From contig DASQUD010000250.1 in assembly GCA_035641455.1 (NCBI GenBank), forward strand, positions 17,741 through 81,740: 64,000 nucleotides of DNA, given 5' to 3'. Below the pieces are notes generated by a model that worked only from the letters and a program-made list of their open reading frames with translations, ran no database searches and was not told the DNA's origin. This stretch comes from Propionibacteriaceae bacterium. Its GTDB lineage: Bacteria; Actinomycetota; Actinomycetes; Propionibacteriales; Propionibacteriaceae. Positions 20,230 to 29,674 of this stretch are shown piece by piece (the stretch's first letter is position 1; each line of letters starts with the position of its first letter). The position numbers and the translations under genes are program-made.

Positions 20230-20740
20230 CATCTGAGGGTCTTGAGCCACTCATTGAGCGCGATGGCTGCAAATCGTGGACCGAGACTATCGCCCTTCCC
20301 GGTTGCTCACCCGTGGCCGCTGCGTATCGGGCGCGCCACTTCTGACGCTCGGTGATCGCCCGCAGGAGTACCCGCGCTGTAGCTGGCGTGGGCGCCCATC
20401 TGAGTCGGTCACAGTGGCGGCCATGCCTTCCACCTCAGGGGCCGACGAACCGGGACAGCAGCGCTTCCCGAACCACCGTTTACCCGGATCGTCCTTGTGC
20501 TCGGCCAGCGTCTTTTGGACCAGTCGTGTGAGACGAGAACACGGCGGCCTCCGAGGCCCAGATTCTCCCGATCGTGAGCCTTCGAGGCGCATTGGCCGGG
20601 GATCAGACCAACTCCGGGCAGGCCGTCGGCGTCACCGCGACGTCGGGTGGATCGGATCGGACGCTCCGAGGGAACGGCAGCCTGGCCACACGCTCATCTC
20701 GCAGGCGGCAGTGAAATCGCACCCAGGTTGAGGGCGTGAG
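20230..20740 (-). pseudogene. multi-frameshifted gene remnant, possibly a mobile-element replication initiator (RepSA-like)
   Basis: My minus-strand translations give coding-looking pieces in three different frames: AHDRENLGLGGRRVLVSHDWSKRR, then QKTLAEHKDDPGKRW, then TVVREALLSRFVGP, then LLRAITERQKWRARYAAATGEQPG. There is no intact ORF. The resemblance to the GGRRVLVSR.WSGKTL..HR.DR block of actinomycete integrative-element Rep proteins is from memory. Confidence 0.35.
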
Positions 20741-20742
20741 TG

Positions 20743-21189
20743 TCAGCGGTCGAGCTGTCCTCGCAGCGCTCCCGCGGGGTAGGACGCGTTGTGAACGTTG
20801 ACGTAATACGAGTCGGGATGCAGGACGATGTCTAGCGCCAGTTCTCGGCTGACCACAGTGCACCCACTGGACGTGCTAAGTGGTACAACGATCGGCCCAG
20901 TCGTGGTCGATGGTGCTTCGTGAATGTGCGCCGCGGCGATCGGGTCGACGTCGCTGACCTCGATCGTTGAGCACACCTCGCCGGTCCCTGGATTGATGGT
21001 CACGGTTGCGGTTCCGCTGCCGTCCAGGTCCCCTTGGTTCGGTACACCCGCGGCGGTGACCTCTGCCTCGCCAGTGAGCTCAACCGTGAACGGCACACCA
21101 CCTGTCACAGCGGACGCAGGCACAACGGACGCCAGCAACAGTCCGGCGGATGCGACGAGTCCGAGAGCGAAACGGCGGACCAGCGACAT
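20743..21189 (-). CDS. secreted CHRD domain-containing protein
   Basis: ATG at 21189 gives the signal peptide MSLVRRFALGLVASAGLLLASVVPASA. CHRD motifs are AAHIHEAPSTTTGPIVVPL and YYVNVHNASYPAGALRGQL. The track ORF is extended to 21423. Confidence 0.75.
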   Translation of the reverse strand: MSLVRRFALGLVASAGLLLASVVPASAVTGGVPFTVELTGEAEVTAAGVPNQGDLDGSGTATVTINPGTGEVCSTIEVSDVDPIAAAHIHEAPSTTTGPIVVPLSTSSGCTVVSRELALDIVLHPDSYYVNVHNASYPAGALRGQLDR

Positions 21190-21517
21190 GACAAACCCCC
21201 AAGAAGTAGGAATGAGACGGTTCACCATAACTGCCGTCATCGAGATGTTCGGAGCCAAGGCCATTTCAGATTGCGCCGGTGTCAACCCTTTGCGCCATGA
21301 AGGCTCGCGATTGTATTGACATGCCGCACGGTGGGCGGCCACGGTGAGGCCCGCCGAGCTGTAAGCGCGGGTTCCCACGGGCGTCTCGAGGGCCCCTAGG
21401 ACCGGCGGGAACCTCGGCACCACAACACGACCGCTTCAGAGATTTTGACCCGCGTCATTCAGATCGAGCTCACCCCGGATCTGGTCGCCCCGCGTCAAGC
21501 GATGGCGCGATGGATCA

Positions 21518-21838
21518 GAGAGAGCCTGCAACGGCCTTCTGCCATTCTGGCTGTACCTGGATGCCGGGAGCAAGGTCACCGGCACAGCCGATTACATCGG
21601 CCATCCCGGCGACCGCTATCTCTTTGTCGACGCAGGCGATGATTGCCGACACCTTCTCTTTATCGGTCCACTCCGTCGGGAGAGTCGAGATGTCCAGCAG
21701 CTGGCAGCAGGCGATGTCATGGCCGGAGTTGATCAGATGGCCCCAGCAGACCGGGCTCGTGGCTCGCCCATGTAGATGCGCACAATGGGCGATGGTAGGA
21801 CCTCGTCGACATGCGCCGTACGGAACGTCTCGCTTCGT
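21518..21838 (-). pseudogene. startless open frame, possible gene remnant
   Basis: 107 sense codons lie between stops on the minus strand, with no ATG/GTG/TTG giving 60 aa or more. It ends ...WGHLINSGHDIACCQLLDISTLPTEWTDKEKVSAIIACVDKEIAVAGMADVIGCAGDLAPGIQVQPEWQKAVAGSL. I did not recognise the family. Confidence 0.2.
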
Positions 21839-21920
21839 CTATACGTCGTGGGGGAGTCGATATACGTTGGCAAGTGACCCCGAGATTTCACCATTGTTGC
21901 CCAAGAAGGGAGCGCGTCCT

Positions 21921-22379
21921 ATGTCCGTGGAAGAAAACAAGGCGCTTGTCCGGCGGTATTGGGAGAGCGGACAGGCGGAAGCTCTGCGGGGCAACCTCGA
22001 TGTTATGCATCAGTACTTCGCTGATCACTACCATGATCATACGTCCCTGCATCCGGAGCACCCTGGGGTGCAGGGGATGAAAGAGCAAATGGCTGATGCT
22101 GCTCAGGCGACGCCTGACCTGCGGACCGAGGTCGTGGATATCGCCGCCGAGGAGGATATTGTCTTCGTGCACTGGCGGGCGACCGCCACGCATGAAGGAA
22201 AGCATCAAATGACTAAGCATGTCCGTGACATCGAACCGACGGGTGAAGAGGGGACGGTGTCCGGCATCAGCTTGTACCGGATCGAAGATGGCAAGTTCGT
22301 CGAAAGCTGGGGTTATCACAACGTCCTCGAGTACGCCCTGGCGCGCGGCAAGGCTGGGGCACCAGGCGGCAGCTCCTAA
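21921..22379 (+). CDS. SnoaL-like / predicted ester cyclase family protein
   Basis: ATG at 21921 follows GAAGGGA. The sequence MSVEENKALVRRYWESG...FADHYHDHT...VFVHWRATATHEG...SGISLYRIEDGKFVESW matches the NTF2-like SnoaL pattern. The upstream part of track ORF 21510.. looks non-coding. Confidence 0.7.
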   Translation: MSVEENKALVRRYWESGQAEALRGNLDVMHQYFADHYHDHTSLHPEHPGVQGMKEQMADAAQATPDLRTEVVDIAAEEDIVFVHWRATATHEGKHQMTKHVRDIEPTGEEGTVSGISLYRIEDGKFVESWGYHNVLEYALARGKAGAPGGSS

Positions 22380-22512
22380 TCTGCGGGGGCATCTACTCGA
22401 TCCTGGCTTCTGCTCACCACCACCTCAGCGCATTTAAGGCCTGGGAAACGGCAAGGCTGACGATGAACATCAGCCCTGCTTCCTAGGGCAAGGAGACGCC
22501 AAGGACCAGTGC

Positions 22513-22552
22513 GAGGTAGGCACTCAGTCCAGGAGGTAGGCACTCAGTCCAG
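22513..22552. repeat. perfect 20-bp tandem duplication spanning the sigA stop codon
   Basis: gaggtaggcactcagtccag occurs at 22513-22532 and again at 22533-22552. The second copy contains the last two codons and the TGA stop of sigA (minus strand). Confidence 0.9.
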
Positions 22553-24052
22553 ATAGTCCCGGAGGACCTGAGAGCGGGATGGGTGGCGCAGCTTGCTCAT
22601 GGTCTTGGACTCGATCTGGCGGATCCGCTCGCGGGTGACGCCATAGACCTTGCCGATCTCATCCAGGGTCTTCGGTTGCCCGTCGGTGAGTCCGAAACGC
22701 ATGGAGACCACCCCGGCCTCACGCTCACTCAAAGTGTCGAGGACGTCGTGCAGCTGCTCCTGCAGCAGGGTGAAGCTCACCGCATCCGCGGGAACGACCG
22801 CCTCAGAGTCCTCGATCAGATCACCGAACTCAGAATCGCCATCCTCGCCCAGCGGCGTGTGCAGCGAGATCGGCTCACGGCCGTACTTCTGCACCTCGAC
22901 GACCTTCTCAGGGGTCATGTCCAGCTCGCGAGCCAGTTCCTCCGGCGTGGGCTCGCGGCCAAGGTCCTGCAGCATCTGCCGCTGCACGCGGGCGAGCTTG
23001 TTGATGACCTCCACCATGTGCACCGGGATGCGGATGGTCCGGGCCTGGTCAGCCATCGCACGCGTGATCGCTTGCCGAATCCACCACGTGGCGTACGTCG
23101 AAAACTTGTAGCCCTTGGTGTAGTCGAACTTCTCGACCGCTCGGATGAGTCCGAGGTTGCCTTCCTGGATCAGATCCAAGAAGAGCATGCCGCGGCCCGT
23201 GTAGCGCTTCGCCAGCGAGACCACTAGCCGCAGATTGGCCTCGAGTAGGTGGTTTTTCGCCCGCCGCCCGTCCTCGGCGATCCAGTCGAAGTCATCGAGC
23301 TGAACAGCCTTGATCTTGGCGTGGTCGTCGTTGATCTTCTCGTCCGCGAACAGGCCCGCCTCGATTCGCTTGGCCAGCTCCACCTCCTGCTCGGCATTCA
23401 GCAGCGCGACTTTGCCGATTTGCTTGAGGTAGTCCTTAACCGGATCTGCCGTCGCCCCGGCCGCCATCACCTGCTGTTCAGGCTCGTCGGCATCGTCGGC
23501 TTCGGACAGCGTGAAGCCCTCGTCTTCGACCAGCTGACCCTCAAGTTTGGCTTCCTCGGCTGGCTCGAAAGTCGACTCGTCGACATCGTCCAGTGAGCGC
23601 TTCTTGCCCACGGTGACAACGACCTCGTCGCTCTCAAGATCAACGAGAACGTCAGCCGTCAGCTCGATGTCGCTGACCAGCTCCTCGACCGATATCTCTA
23701 CATCGTCAAGGTCTTCGGTGACGATCTCTGGTTCACCTTTGTCTGTCACGATGGTGATGTCGTCTGCAGCTGGCTCGGGCCCCGCCTTCTTTTCGGCCTG
23801 TTTGCTCGCCGCCTTCCCCACCGGCTCCTCGACAGCACTTACCGCTGCCTTCTTAGCCTTCTTGACGGTGGACTCCTTCGCCGGCCGCTGCGATTCGCCC
23901 GTCTTGCTGGCCGGCGCCTTGCTGACCGACGACTTCCCGGCAGACTCCTTACTCGCTGGGGATTTGGTGACGGTAGCTGTTGCTTGACGGGCCCGGACGG
24001 GGTTCGCTCCGACTGCAGGGACAGATGGTTGTGCTTTGGAGGGGGGCGTCAC
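22544..24052 (-). CDS. sigA: principal RNA polymerase sigma factor (group 1, HrdB/SigA/RpoD type)
   Basis: K/A/P/E-rich N-terminus, then [108 protein letters not shown] and [22 protein letters not shown]. Confidence 0.95.
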   Translation of the reverse strand: MTPPSKAQPSVPAVGANPVRARQATATVTKSPASKESAGKSSVSKAPASKTGESQRPAKESTVKKAKKAAVSAVEEPVGKAASKQAEKKAGPEPAADDITIVTDKGEPEIVTEDLDDVEISVEELVSDIELTADVLVDLESDEVVVTVGKKRSLDDVDESTFEPAEEAKLEGQLVEDEGFTLSEADDADEPEQQVMAAGATADPVKDYLKQIGKVALLNAEQEVELAKRIEAGLFADEKINDDHAKIKAVQLDDFDWIAEDGRRAKNHLLEANLRLVVSLAKRYTGRGMLFLDLIQEGNLGLIRAVEKFDYTKGYKFSTYATWWIRQAITRAMADQARTIRIPVHMVEVINKLARVQRQMLQDLGREPTPEELARELDMTPEKVVEVQKYGREPISLHTPLGEDGDSEFGDLIEDSEAVVPADAVSFTLLQEQLHDVLDTLSEREAGVVSMRFGLTDGQPKTLDEIGKVYGVTRERIRQIESKTMSKLRHPSRSQVLRDYLD

Positions 24053-24241
24053 AAAGAACCTCTCGAACTAGCGAGTGCCGGCTGACCAAACGAAACTAGG
24101 GCAGGCAACGCCCATCGGAAGTCAATAGGCGCTCCGATCGGTATTCTGACACGAACCTCCAAATCTCCCGTGATCTGCTCAGCAGGTGCAGCGGCATGTC
24201 GGCGAAGGCAGCCCGAAAGGCGGGTGACGGGCTGGGACTGA

Positions 24242-24673
24242 TCAGCCGTTGACCTCGGCCTTGACGGCGAGTACGGGACAGGACGCGTCAAGGAGTATGC
24301 GCTGCGCATTAGTTCCCAGCAACCGTTTCCCCACCGGTGATCGGCGTCGCAGACCAATGATGATGAAGTCTGCTCCTTCTGCCTCCGCCGCATTGATGAG
24401 TTGTTCGGCCGGTTCGATCGCGGCGTCGCCCGCCAGGATGCTGTGGGGGATGCCGGTGGTGGCCAGCTCGGCGCTGAGGGCGGCGATCTCTTCGTCGGGC
24501 GAGGCATGCACCACGACTAGCTTGGAGTTCCGGATCCGCGCTTCGTCGAGGGCGCGGGACAGTGCAGCGCGTCCCTCCGGAGCCGACGAGTAGCCAACCA
24601 CGATTACCGACGTCACCAGCGGAGCACCACCGTCATCTGACACGCCGGCCGCCGGTGTCGTCTGCGACATCAC
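24242..24673 (-). CDS. universal stress protein
   Basis: 143 aa with VIVVGYSSAPEGRAAL...KLVVVHASPD...ADFIIIGLRRRSPVGKRLLGTNAQRILLDASCPVLAVK. The start overlaps the upstream gene's stop by 4 nt. Confidence 0.8.
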   Translation of the reverse strand: MMSQTTPAAGVSDDGGAPLVTSVIVVGYSSAPEGRAALSRALDEARIRNSKLVVVHASPDEEIAALSAELATTGIPHSILAGDAAIEPAEQLINAAEAEGADFIIIGLRRRSPVGKRLLGTNAQRILLDASCPVLAVKAEVNG

Positions 24674-26145
24674 CGCACCTCCCAGGTATGGACCGGTTCA
24701 TTACTGTGCATTGCTTCCACGTACGACGCCAACATGTCGCGCAGGGCATCGGCTCGCGAGGAGCCGTCGCGTTCCCTGTTGGCTACTGCGGCAGTTTGCC
24801 ACGTGGCCCCGTTGACCGCATCCACACAGCGGCGCTCGATGATGTCGAGTAAGCGGCCGATCTCGCCTTCGTCGACGTCCCACAGCCGCAGGCCCTCGGC
24901 GGCCAGGGGCAGCAACTTGCGGAGCACGAGCTCGACGACGCTGACCTGACCGATCTGCGGCCAGTAGACATCCGCGGCGATCCCGTGTCGTACGCCGGCC
25001 GCGAAGTTCTCACTCGCCGCGGAGAATGACATTTGGCTCCACAGCGGTCGATCCTCATCTGCCAGCGCGCGGACCATACCGGCGAAAAACGCGGCATTGG
25101 CCATGGTGTCCACCACGGTCGGGCCAGCCGGAAGGACCCGGTTCTCCACCCGGAGGTGCGGAACGCCCGCCCGGATGTCATAGACCGGCCGATTCCACCG
25201 GTACACCGTCCCGTTGTGCAACCTCAGCTCATCGAGCGTCGGGACTCCCCCCGCATCAAGTACCGACAGCGCGTCTTCCTCGGTGCTGATCGGCAGCAGC
25301 GCCGGAAAATACCGGGAGTTCTCCTCGAACAGATCGAAGATGGAGGTGATCCAGCGCTCTCCGAACCACACCCTGGGCCGTACGCCCTGAGCCTTCAACT
25401 CCTCGGGACGGGTGTCGGCGCTCTGCTCGAACAGGGGGATGCGCGACTCGGCCAGGAGCGCCTTGCCGAATAGGAACGGCGAGTTGGCGCCAACCGCCAC
25501 CTGGACACCGGCGATGGCCTGCGCAGCATTCCAGTACCCGGCAAAATCGTCCGGGCTGACCTGTAGGTGTACTTGGGTCGAGGTGCACGCCGCCTCAGGC
25601 ATGATCGTGTCGGAGAACATCTGCAGCCGCTCGACGCCGTCGATGACGATCTCCAGATCCTCGCCGCGGGCCGCTACGATCTGCTGGTCCAGCAGCGTGT
25701 AGCGCGGGTTTTGGCTCACGCTGTCCAGCGTCACGTGCTCAGCACGCAGGGTCGGCAGGATGCCAATCATGACAAGCTTGCTGCCAGCTTCGTAAGCCCG
25801 CGTATCGGCGTCGTTCAACGACTTGCGGACCGACTCCTCGAACGACGTAAACCCGCCGCCGGACAGTTGCCGAGGCGCCACGTTGATCTCAATGTTGAAC
25901 CGGCCGAGCTCGGTTTGGAATGACGGATCAGCGATCGCCGCCAGCACTTCCGCGTTGCGCATGGCGGGCTGGAAGTCGTCGTCAATCAGGTTGAGCTCGA
26001 TTTCCAGACCGGCCATCGGGCGATTGAAGTCAAATCGGGATTCCGTCAGCATTCGCGCCAGGGCATCCAGGCAACGTCGGATCTTTTCCCGGTGCAGCTT
26101 CCTCGCCTTCCGAGTGAAGGTCGTCTGATCGACCTCGGCTCCCAT
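24670..26145 (-). CDS. glutamate--cysteine ligase family 2 / carboxylate-amine ligase-like protein
   Basis: ATG at 26145 (MGAEVDQTTF...). Contains GLEIELNLIDDD...ELGRFNIEINV...TSTQVHLQV...FGERW... consistent with the GCS2 fold. Substrate unknown. Confidence 0.7.
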   Translation of the reverse strand: MGAEVDQTTFTRKARKLHREKIRRCLDALARMLTESRFDFNRPMAGLEIELNLIDDDFQPAMRNAEVLAAIADPSFQTELGRFNIEINVAPRQLSGGGFTSFEESVRKSLNDADTRAYEAGSKLVMIGILPTLRAEHVTLDSVSQNPRYTLLDQQIVAARGEDLEIVIDGVERLQMFSDTIMPEAACTSTQVHLQVSPDDFAGYWNAAQAIAGVQVAVGANSPFLFGKALLAESRIPLFEQSADTRPEELKAQGVRPRVWFGERWITSIFDLFEENSRYFPALLPISTEEDALSVLDAGGVPTLDELRLHNGTVYRWNRPVYDIRAGVPHLRVENRVLPAGPTVVDTMANAAFFAGMVRALADEDRPLWSQMSFSAASENFAAGVRHGIAADVYWPQIGQVSVVELVLRKLLPLAAEGLRLWDVDEGEIGRLLDIIERRCVDAVNGATWQTAAVANRERDGSSRADALRDMLASYVEAMHSNEPVHTWEVR

Positions 26146-26318
26146 GGACCCTATTGTCTCGCTGGCTCGATCGCGCTTGCTACCCCCGCCGTGCATTCTC
26201 GGTCACAGCCGATGCCCAAGCCGTCACGTGGGGCCGCTTAAGGGTCTGCTCGCCCGCTCGTCCAGGCAGGCTCACCGATCCAGCGACGCCGGTGAGGATA
26301 GGGGTTACGCTGACGGCC

Positions 26319-28523
26319 GTGCCCGCCGATACGTCGACCAAACTCGAGCCGCCCCTTGCTGACCGCCGAGTTCACCGTCGCGTTCATCACGGGGATGTCT
26401 TCGAGGACCCGTACGAGTGGCTGCGCAACAAGGAAGATCCCGACGTCCTTGGCTACCTCGAGGCGGAGAATGCCTACACCCAGTCGCAGACGGCGGATCT
26501 GAATCAGCTGTCCGACGCAATCTTCTCTGAGATCAAGAACCGGACGAAGGAAACCGATCTCGGCGTGCCCACCTACACCTCGCATCCCGGCGGAGCCGCC
26601 TATTGGTACTACGACCGGACAGTCGAAGGCTCGGAATACCCGATCTATTGCCGAGTCGTCGCCGATGATCCCAGTACCCCCCCCGACATCGAGGGCGACA
26701 TTCCCGGTGAAGAAGTGCTGTTGGACGGCAACCTCGAGGCAGGCGAATCGGAATTCTTCTCGATCGGCGCGCTAAGCGTCTCCGTCGACGGGCGGCTGCT
26801 GGCCTACTCCACCGACCACAGCGGTGACGAGCGCTTTGTGCTGCGGATCAGGGACCTCCAGTCCGGAGAGTTGCTACCCGACGAGATCCGCGACATCGGC
26901 TATGGGGCGACCTGGGCGCAGAACAGCCACCTCTTCTATACGCGGGTTGACGAGGCTTGGCGACCGTACGCGGTACTGCGGCACCGACTCGGCACCGATC
27001 CGGCCGAGGACACCGAAGTTCTCAGTGAGGCCGACGAGAGATTCTGGGTGGGGGTCGACGCCAGCCGCGATGACCGCTGGGTGATTCTGGGTGCGGCAAG
27101 CAAGCTGACCTCGGAGTATCGGCTGCTCAACACTGAAGATCCGGAGGGTGAGCCGCGGATCGTGGCGCCGCGGCGACAGGGCGTGGAGTACGACGTGGAG
27201 CCAGCCGGTGACCGGCTGCTGATCGTGCACAACGACGGCGCCAAGGACTTCCAGCTCGCTGAGGCGCCGCTGGATGCCACGGGGCCGGAACAGTGGAAGA
27301 CGATCCTGCCGCACGAACCCGGCGTTCGCCTTCTTTCGATAAGCGCCTACGCTGGTCACGGCGTGCTCTCCTTGCGCCGTAACGGGTCCACCGTCCTCCA
27401 CGTCCTCCCCAGGGACGAGGACGGCAACTTCTTGGCCGGGGCCGACGTGCAGTTTGAGGAACCTCTCTTCACCGTGGACTCCCCGGGCGGCACCGAGTAT
27501 GTGACCCCGACCATCCGGGTCCATTACGGCTCATTCCTCACTCCAGACTCGGTCTACGACTACGACCTAACCACCGGAAAACTGACGCTGCTCAAGACGA
27601 CTCCGGTGCTGGACGAGCCGACGTTCGGACCGTACGACTCGGGCTGCTATGTCCAAGAACGGGCCTGGGCCACTGCCGCTGACGGAGTGCGAGTGCCACT
27701 CTCCATCGTTCGCCGCGCTGAGGTGCCCCTTGACGGTCAGGCACCGGCCTTGCTGTACGGCTACGGCTCGTATGAGATCTCGATGGACCCCACGTTCTCG
27801 ACATCACGGTTATCGCTGCTGGATCGGGGCGTGATCTATGCCATCGCCCATATCCGTGGCGGCGGCGAACTGGGACGCAGCTGGTACGACCAGGGAAAGC
27901 TTCTGGCCAAGAAGAACTCGTTCACCGACTTCGTGGCCTGTGCCGACTATCTGATCGAGCACTGCTACACCTCGCCAGAGCGCCTTGCTGCTCGCGGCGG
28001 CAGCGCAGGGGGCCTGCTGATTGGTGCGGTCGCCAATTTCGCCCCCGATCGTTTCCGCGCTCTGCATGCGGCGGTGCCGTTTGTCGACCCATTGACCACC
28101 ATCCTCGATCCGACGCTGCCACTCACGGTGACCGAGTGGGAGGAGTGGGGCGATCCGCTGCATGATGCCGAGGTCTACGCCTATCTGAAGTCCTACACCC
28201 CCTACGAGAACCTCGCCGCCATCCGCTATCCCGCGATTCTGGCGACGACCAGTCTGAACGACACCCGCGTCTTCTACGTGGAGCCCGCCAAGTGGGTGGC
28301 CGCTCTCCGCCGCATCGCCACCAACGACCGTGACCGGCCGATCTTGCTGAAAACGGAGATGTCCGCCGGCCATGGCGGCGTAAGCGGCCGCTACAAGAGC
28401 TGGCACGAGGTCGCGTTCGAGTACGCCTGGATTCTGGCGCAGATCACTCAGGAGAGCGCGCCGCTGCATCCGCTGGGCCCCTCGGCGACGAATTCTCATC
28501 GTGCCGGGGTTACTCCTGGGTAG
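26319..28523 (+). CDS. ptrB: S9A family serine peptidase, oligopeptidase B-like
   Basis: Contains HHGDVFEDPYEWLRNKEDPDVLGYLEAENAYT, a beta-propeller region, and the catalytic domain with RGGSAGGLLIG...SLNDTRV...GHGG. The start (GTG 26319) is approximate. Confidence 0.85.
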   Translation: MPADTSTKLEPPLADRRVHRRVHHGDVFEDPYEWLRNKEDPDVLGYLEAENAYTQSQTADLNQLSDAIFSEIKNRTKETDLGVPTYTSHPGGAAYWYYDRTVEGSEYPIYCRVVADDPSTPPDIEGDIPGEEVLLDGNLEAGESEFFSIGALSVSVDGRLLAYSTDHSGDERFVLRIRDLQSGELLPDEIRDIGYGATWAQNSHLFYTRVDEAWRPYAVLRHRLGTDPAEDTEVLSEADERFWVGVDASRDDRWVILGAASKLTSEYRLLNTEDPEGEPRIVAPRRQGVEYDVEPAGDRLLIVHNDGAKDFQLAEAPLDATGPEQWKTILPHEPGVRLLSISAYAGHGVLSLRRNGSTVLHVLPRDEDGNFLAGADVQFEEPLFTVDSPGGTEYVTPTIRVHYGSFLTPDSVYDYDLTTGKLTLLKTTPVLDEPTFGPYDSGCYVQERAWATAADGVRVPLSIVRRAEVPLDGQAPALLYGYGSYEISMDPTFSTSRLSLLDRGVIYAIAHIRGGGELGRSWYDQGKLLAKKNSFTDFVACADYLIEHCYTSPERLAARGGSAGGLLIGAVANFAPDRFRALHAAVPFVDPLTTILDPTLPLTVTEWEEWGDPLHDAEVYAYLKSYTPYENLAAIRYPAILATTSLNDTRVFYVEPAKWVAALRRIATNDRDRPILLKTEMSAGHGGVSGRYKSWHEVAFEYAWILAQITQESAPLHPLGPSATNSHRAGVTPG

Positions 28524-28610
28524 CTTTCAGGGATTCTTCAGGGCTGTCGAGGAATCCTTTGCCGACCCCGATGCGTTCTGCTTAGCGGAGGCAACGAAAG
28601 GGGCGCCAAC

Positions 28611-29558
28611 GTGACGACAACTCGTACGCGAGTTTCCGAGGGCATCGATGGGAAAGATGCCGTCGGCCTTTACCTGGAAGGTATCGCCAAGACTCCGCTG
28701 CTCACCGCAGAGGAAGAGGTGGAGCTGGCGAAAACGATAGAGGTCGGGCTCTACGCCGAGCACCTGCTGGGTGGAGAGATCACGGCGGCCGAGCGGGGAA
28801 AGCGCGCCAAGCGCCCGAGCCAGGCTGAGCTGGAATTTCTCATCGAGGACGGTCAACGGGCGATGCAGCGCTTCGTCACGGCCAACCTGCGGCTTGTCGT
28901 CTCCGTGGCCCGCAAGTATGGGCGTTCGCAAATGCCGCTGCTGGACCTGGTGCAGGAAGGCAACACCGGGCTTATCCGCGCGGTCGAGAAGTTCGACTAC
29001 ACGAAGGGCTTCAAGTTTTCCACCTACGGCACCTGGTGGGTTCGCCAGTCCATCAGCCGCGGCATCGCGCAGCAGGGTCGGATCGTTAGGCTGCCGGTTC
29101 ATGTTGCGGAGCAGGTCAACCAGGTCGGCGCTGTCCGCAGAACTCTGGAGCGTCGCCTTGGTCGCGACCCGGAGATCGACGAGATCGCCGAGGAAATGGA
29201 TCTCGAGCCGGAGCGCGTCCTGGATCTCATCCGGTACGGCCGTGACCACGTCAGCCTGGATGCGCCGGTCGAGGAAGGCGGCGACACTGCCCTCGGTGAC
29301 CTGATTGCCCGCGAGCCAATGCCTGGACCGGACGAGGTGTTCCTTGACGCCGAGGAGCACGCACGACTCGAAGCGCTGCTCGATCAATTAGACGAGCGGT
29401 CCGCAGACGTGGTGCGTCGTCGCTACGGCCTCATCGACGGTCGGCAGGCAAAGCTCTCCGATATCGGTGAGCTGTGGGGCATCACCGCCGAGCGCGTGCG
29501 GCAGATCGAGCGGCACGCGATCGCCAAGCTGCGCGGCAAGTCCGTCCTCGCCGCCTGA
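28611..29558 (+). CDS. group 2 (SigB/HrdA-D-like) sigma-70 family sigma factor
   Basis: Contains [91 protein letters not shown] and WGITAERVRQIERHAIAKLR. It lacks the long acidic/basic N-terminus of sigA. Confidence 0.9.
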   Translation: MTTTRTRVSEGIDGKDAVGLYLEGIAKTPLLTAEEEVELAKTIEVGLYAEHLLGGEITAAERGKRAKRPSQAELEFLIEDGQRAMQRFVTANLRLVVSVARKYGRSQMPLLDLVQEGNTGLIRAVEKFDYTKGFKFSTYGTWWVRQSISRGIAQQGRIVRLPVHVAEQVNQVGAVRRTLERRLGRDPEIDEIAEEMDLEPERVLDLIRYGRDHVSLDAPVEEGGDTALGDLIAREPMPGPDEVFLDAEEHARLEALLDQLDERSADVVRRRYGLIDGRQAKLSDIGELWGITAERVRQIERHAIAKLRGKSVLAA

Positions 29559-29593
29559 TTCATTGTGCTGCCTTCGGGCCAGCACACACCCAG

Positions 29594-29634
29594 AAGGGCG
29601 ATCCGGGATTTCCCCCTCCGGATCGCCCTTTTTT
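29594..29634 (+). terminator. intrinsic terminator downstream of the group-2 sigma gene
   Basis: A perfect 13-bp stem, aagggcgatccgg (29594-29606) pairing with ccggatcgccctt (29618-29630), is followed directly by tttt. Confidence 0.8.
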
Positions 29635-29674
29635 GCCCCCGGCCACTTGACAAGAATCGTGACGCTCCCGCTGG

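Noticed and set aside
20276-20731. 151-aa plus-strand ORF in the island gap
   Set aside because: Arg/Pro/Gly/Ser-rich with no motifs. The opposite strand carries better coding-like fragments and is interpreted as a pseudogene remnant.
21510-21920. N-terminal extension of the SnoaL-like ORF
   Set aside because: The composition is non-protein-like, and a good RBS plus ATG at 21921 starts the recognisable domain.
14407-22543. Flanking direct repeats (att sites), integrase or tRNA at the island borders
   Set aside because: I did not find a copy of the 20-mer from the sigA end, or any other obvious repeat, near 14.4-14.7 kb by eye. I recognised no integrase, transposase or tRNA. This needs a computational repeat search.
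28527-29387. 286-aa minus-strand ORF
   Set aside because: Antisense shadow of the group-2 sigma factor gene, whose regions 2-4 are unambiguous on the plus strand.
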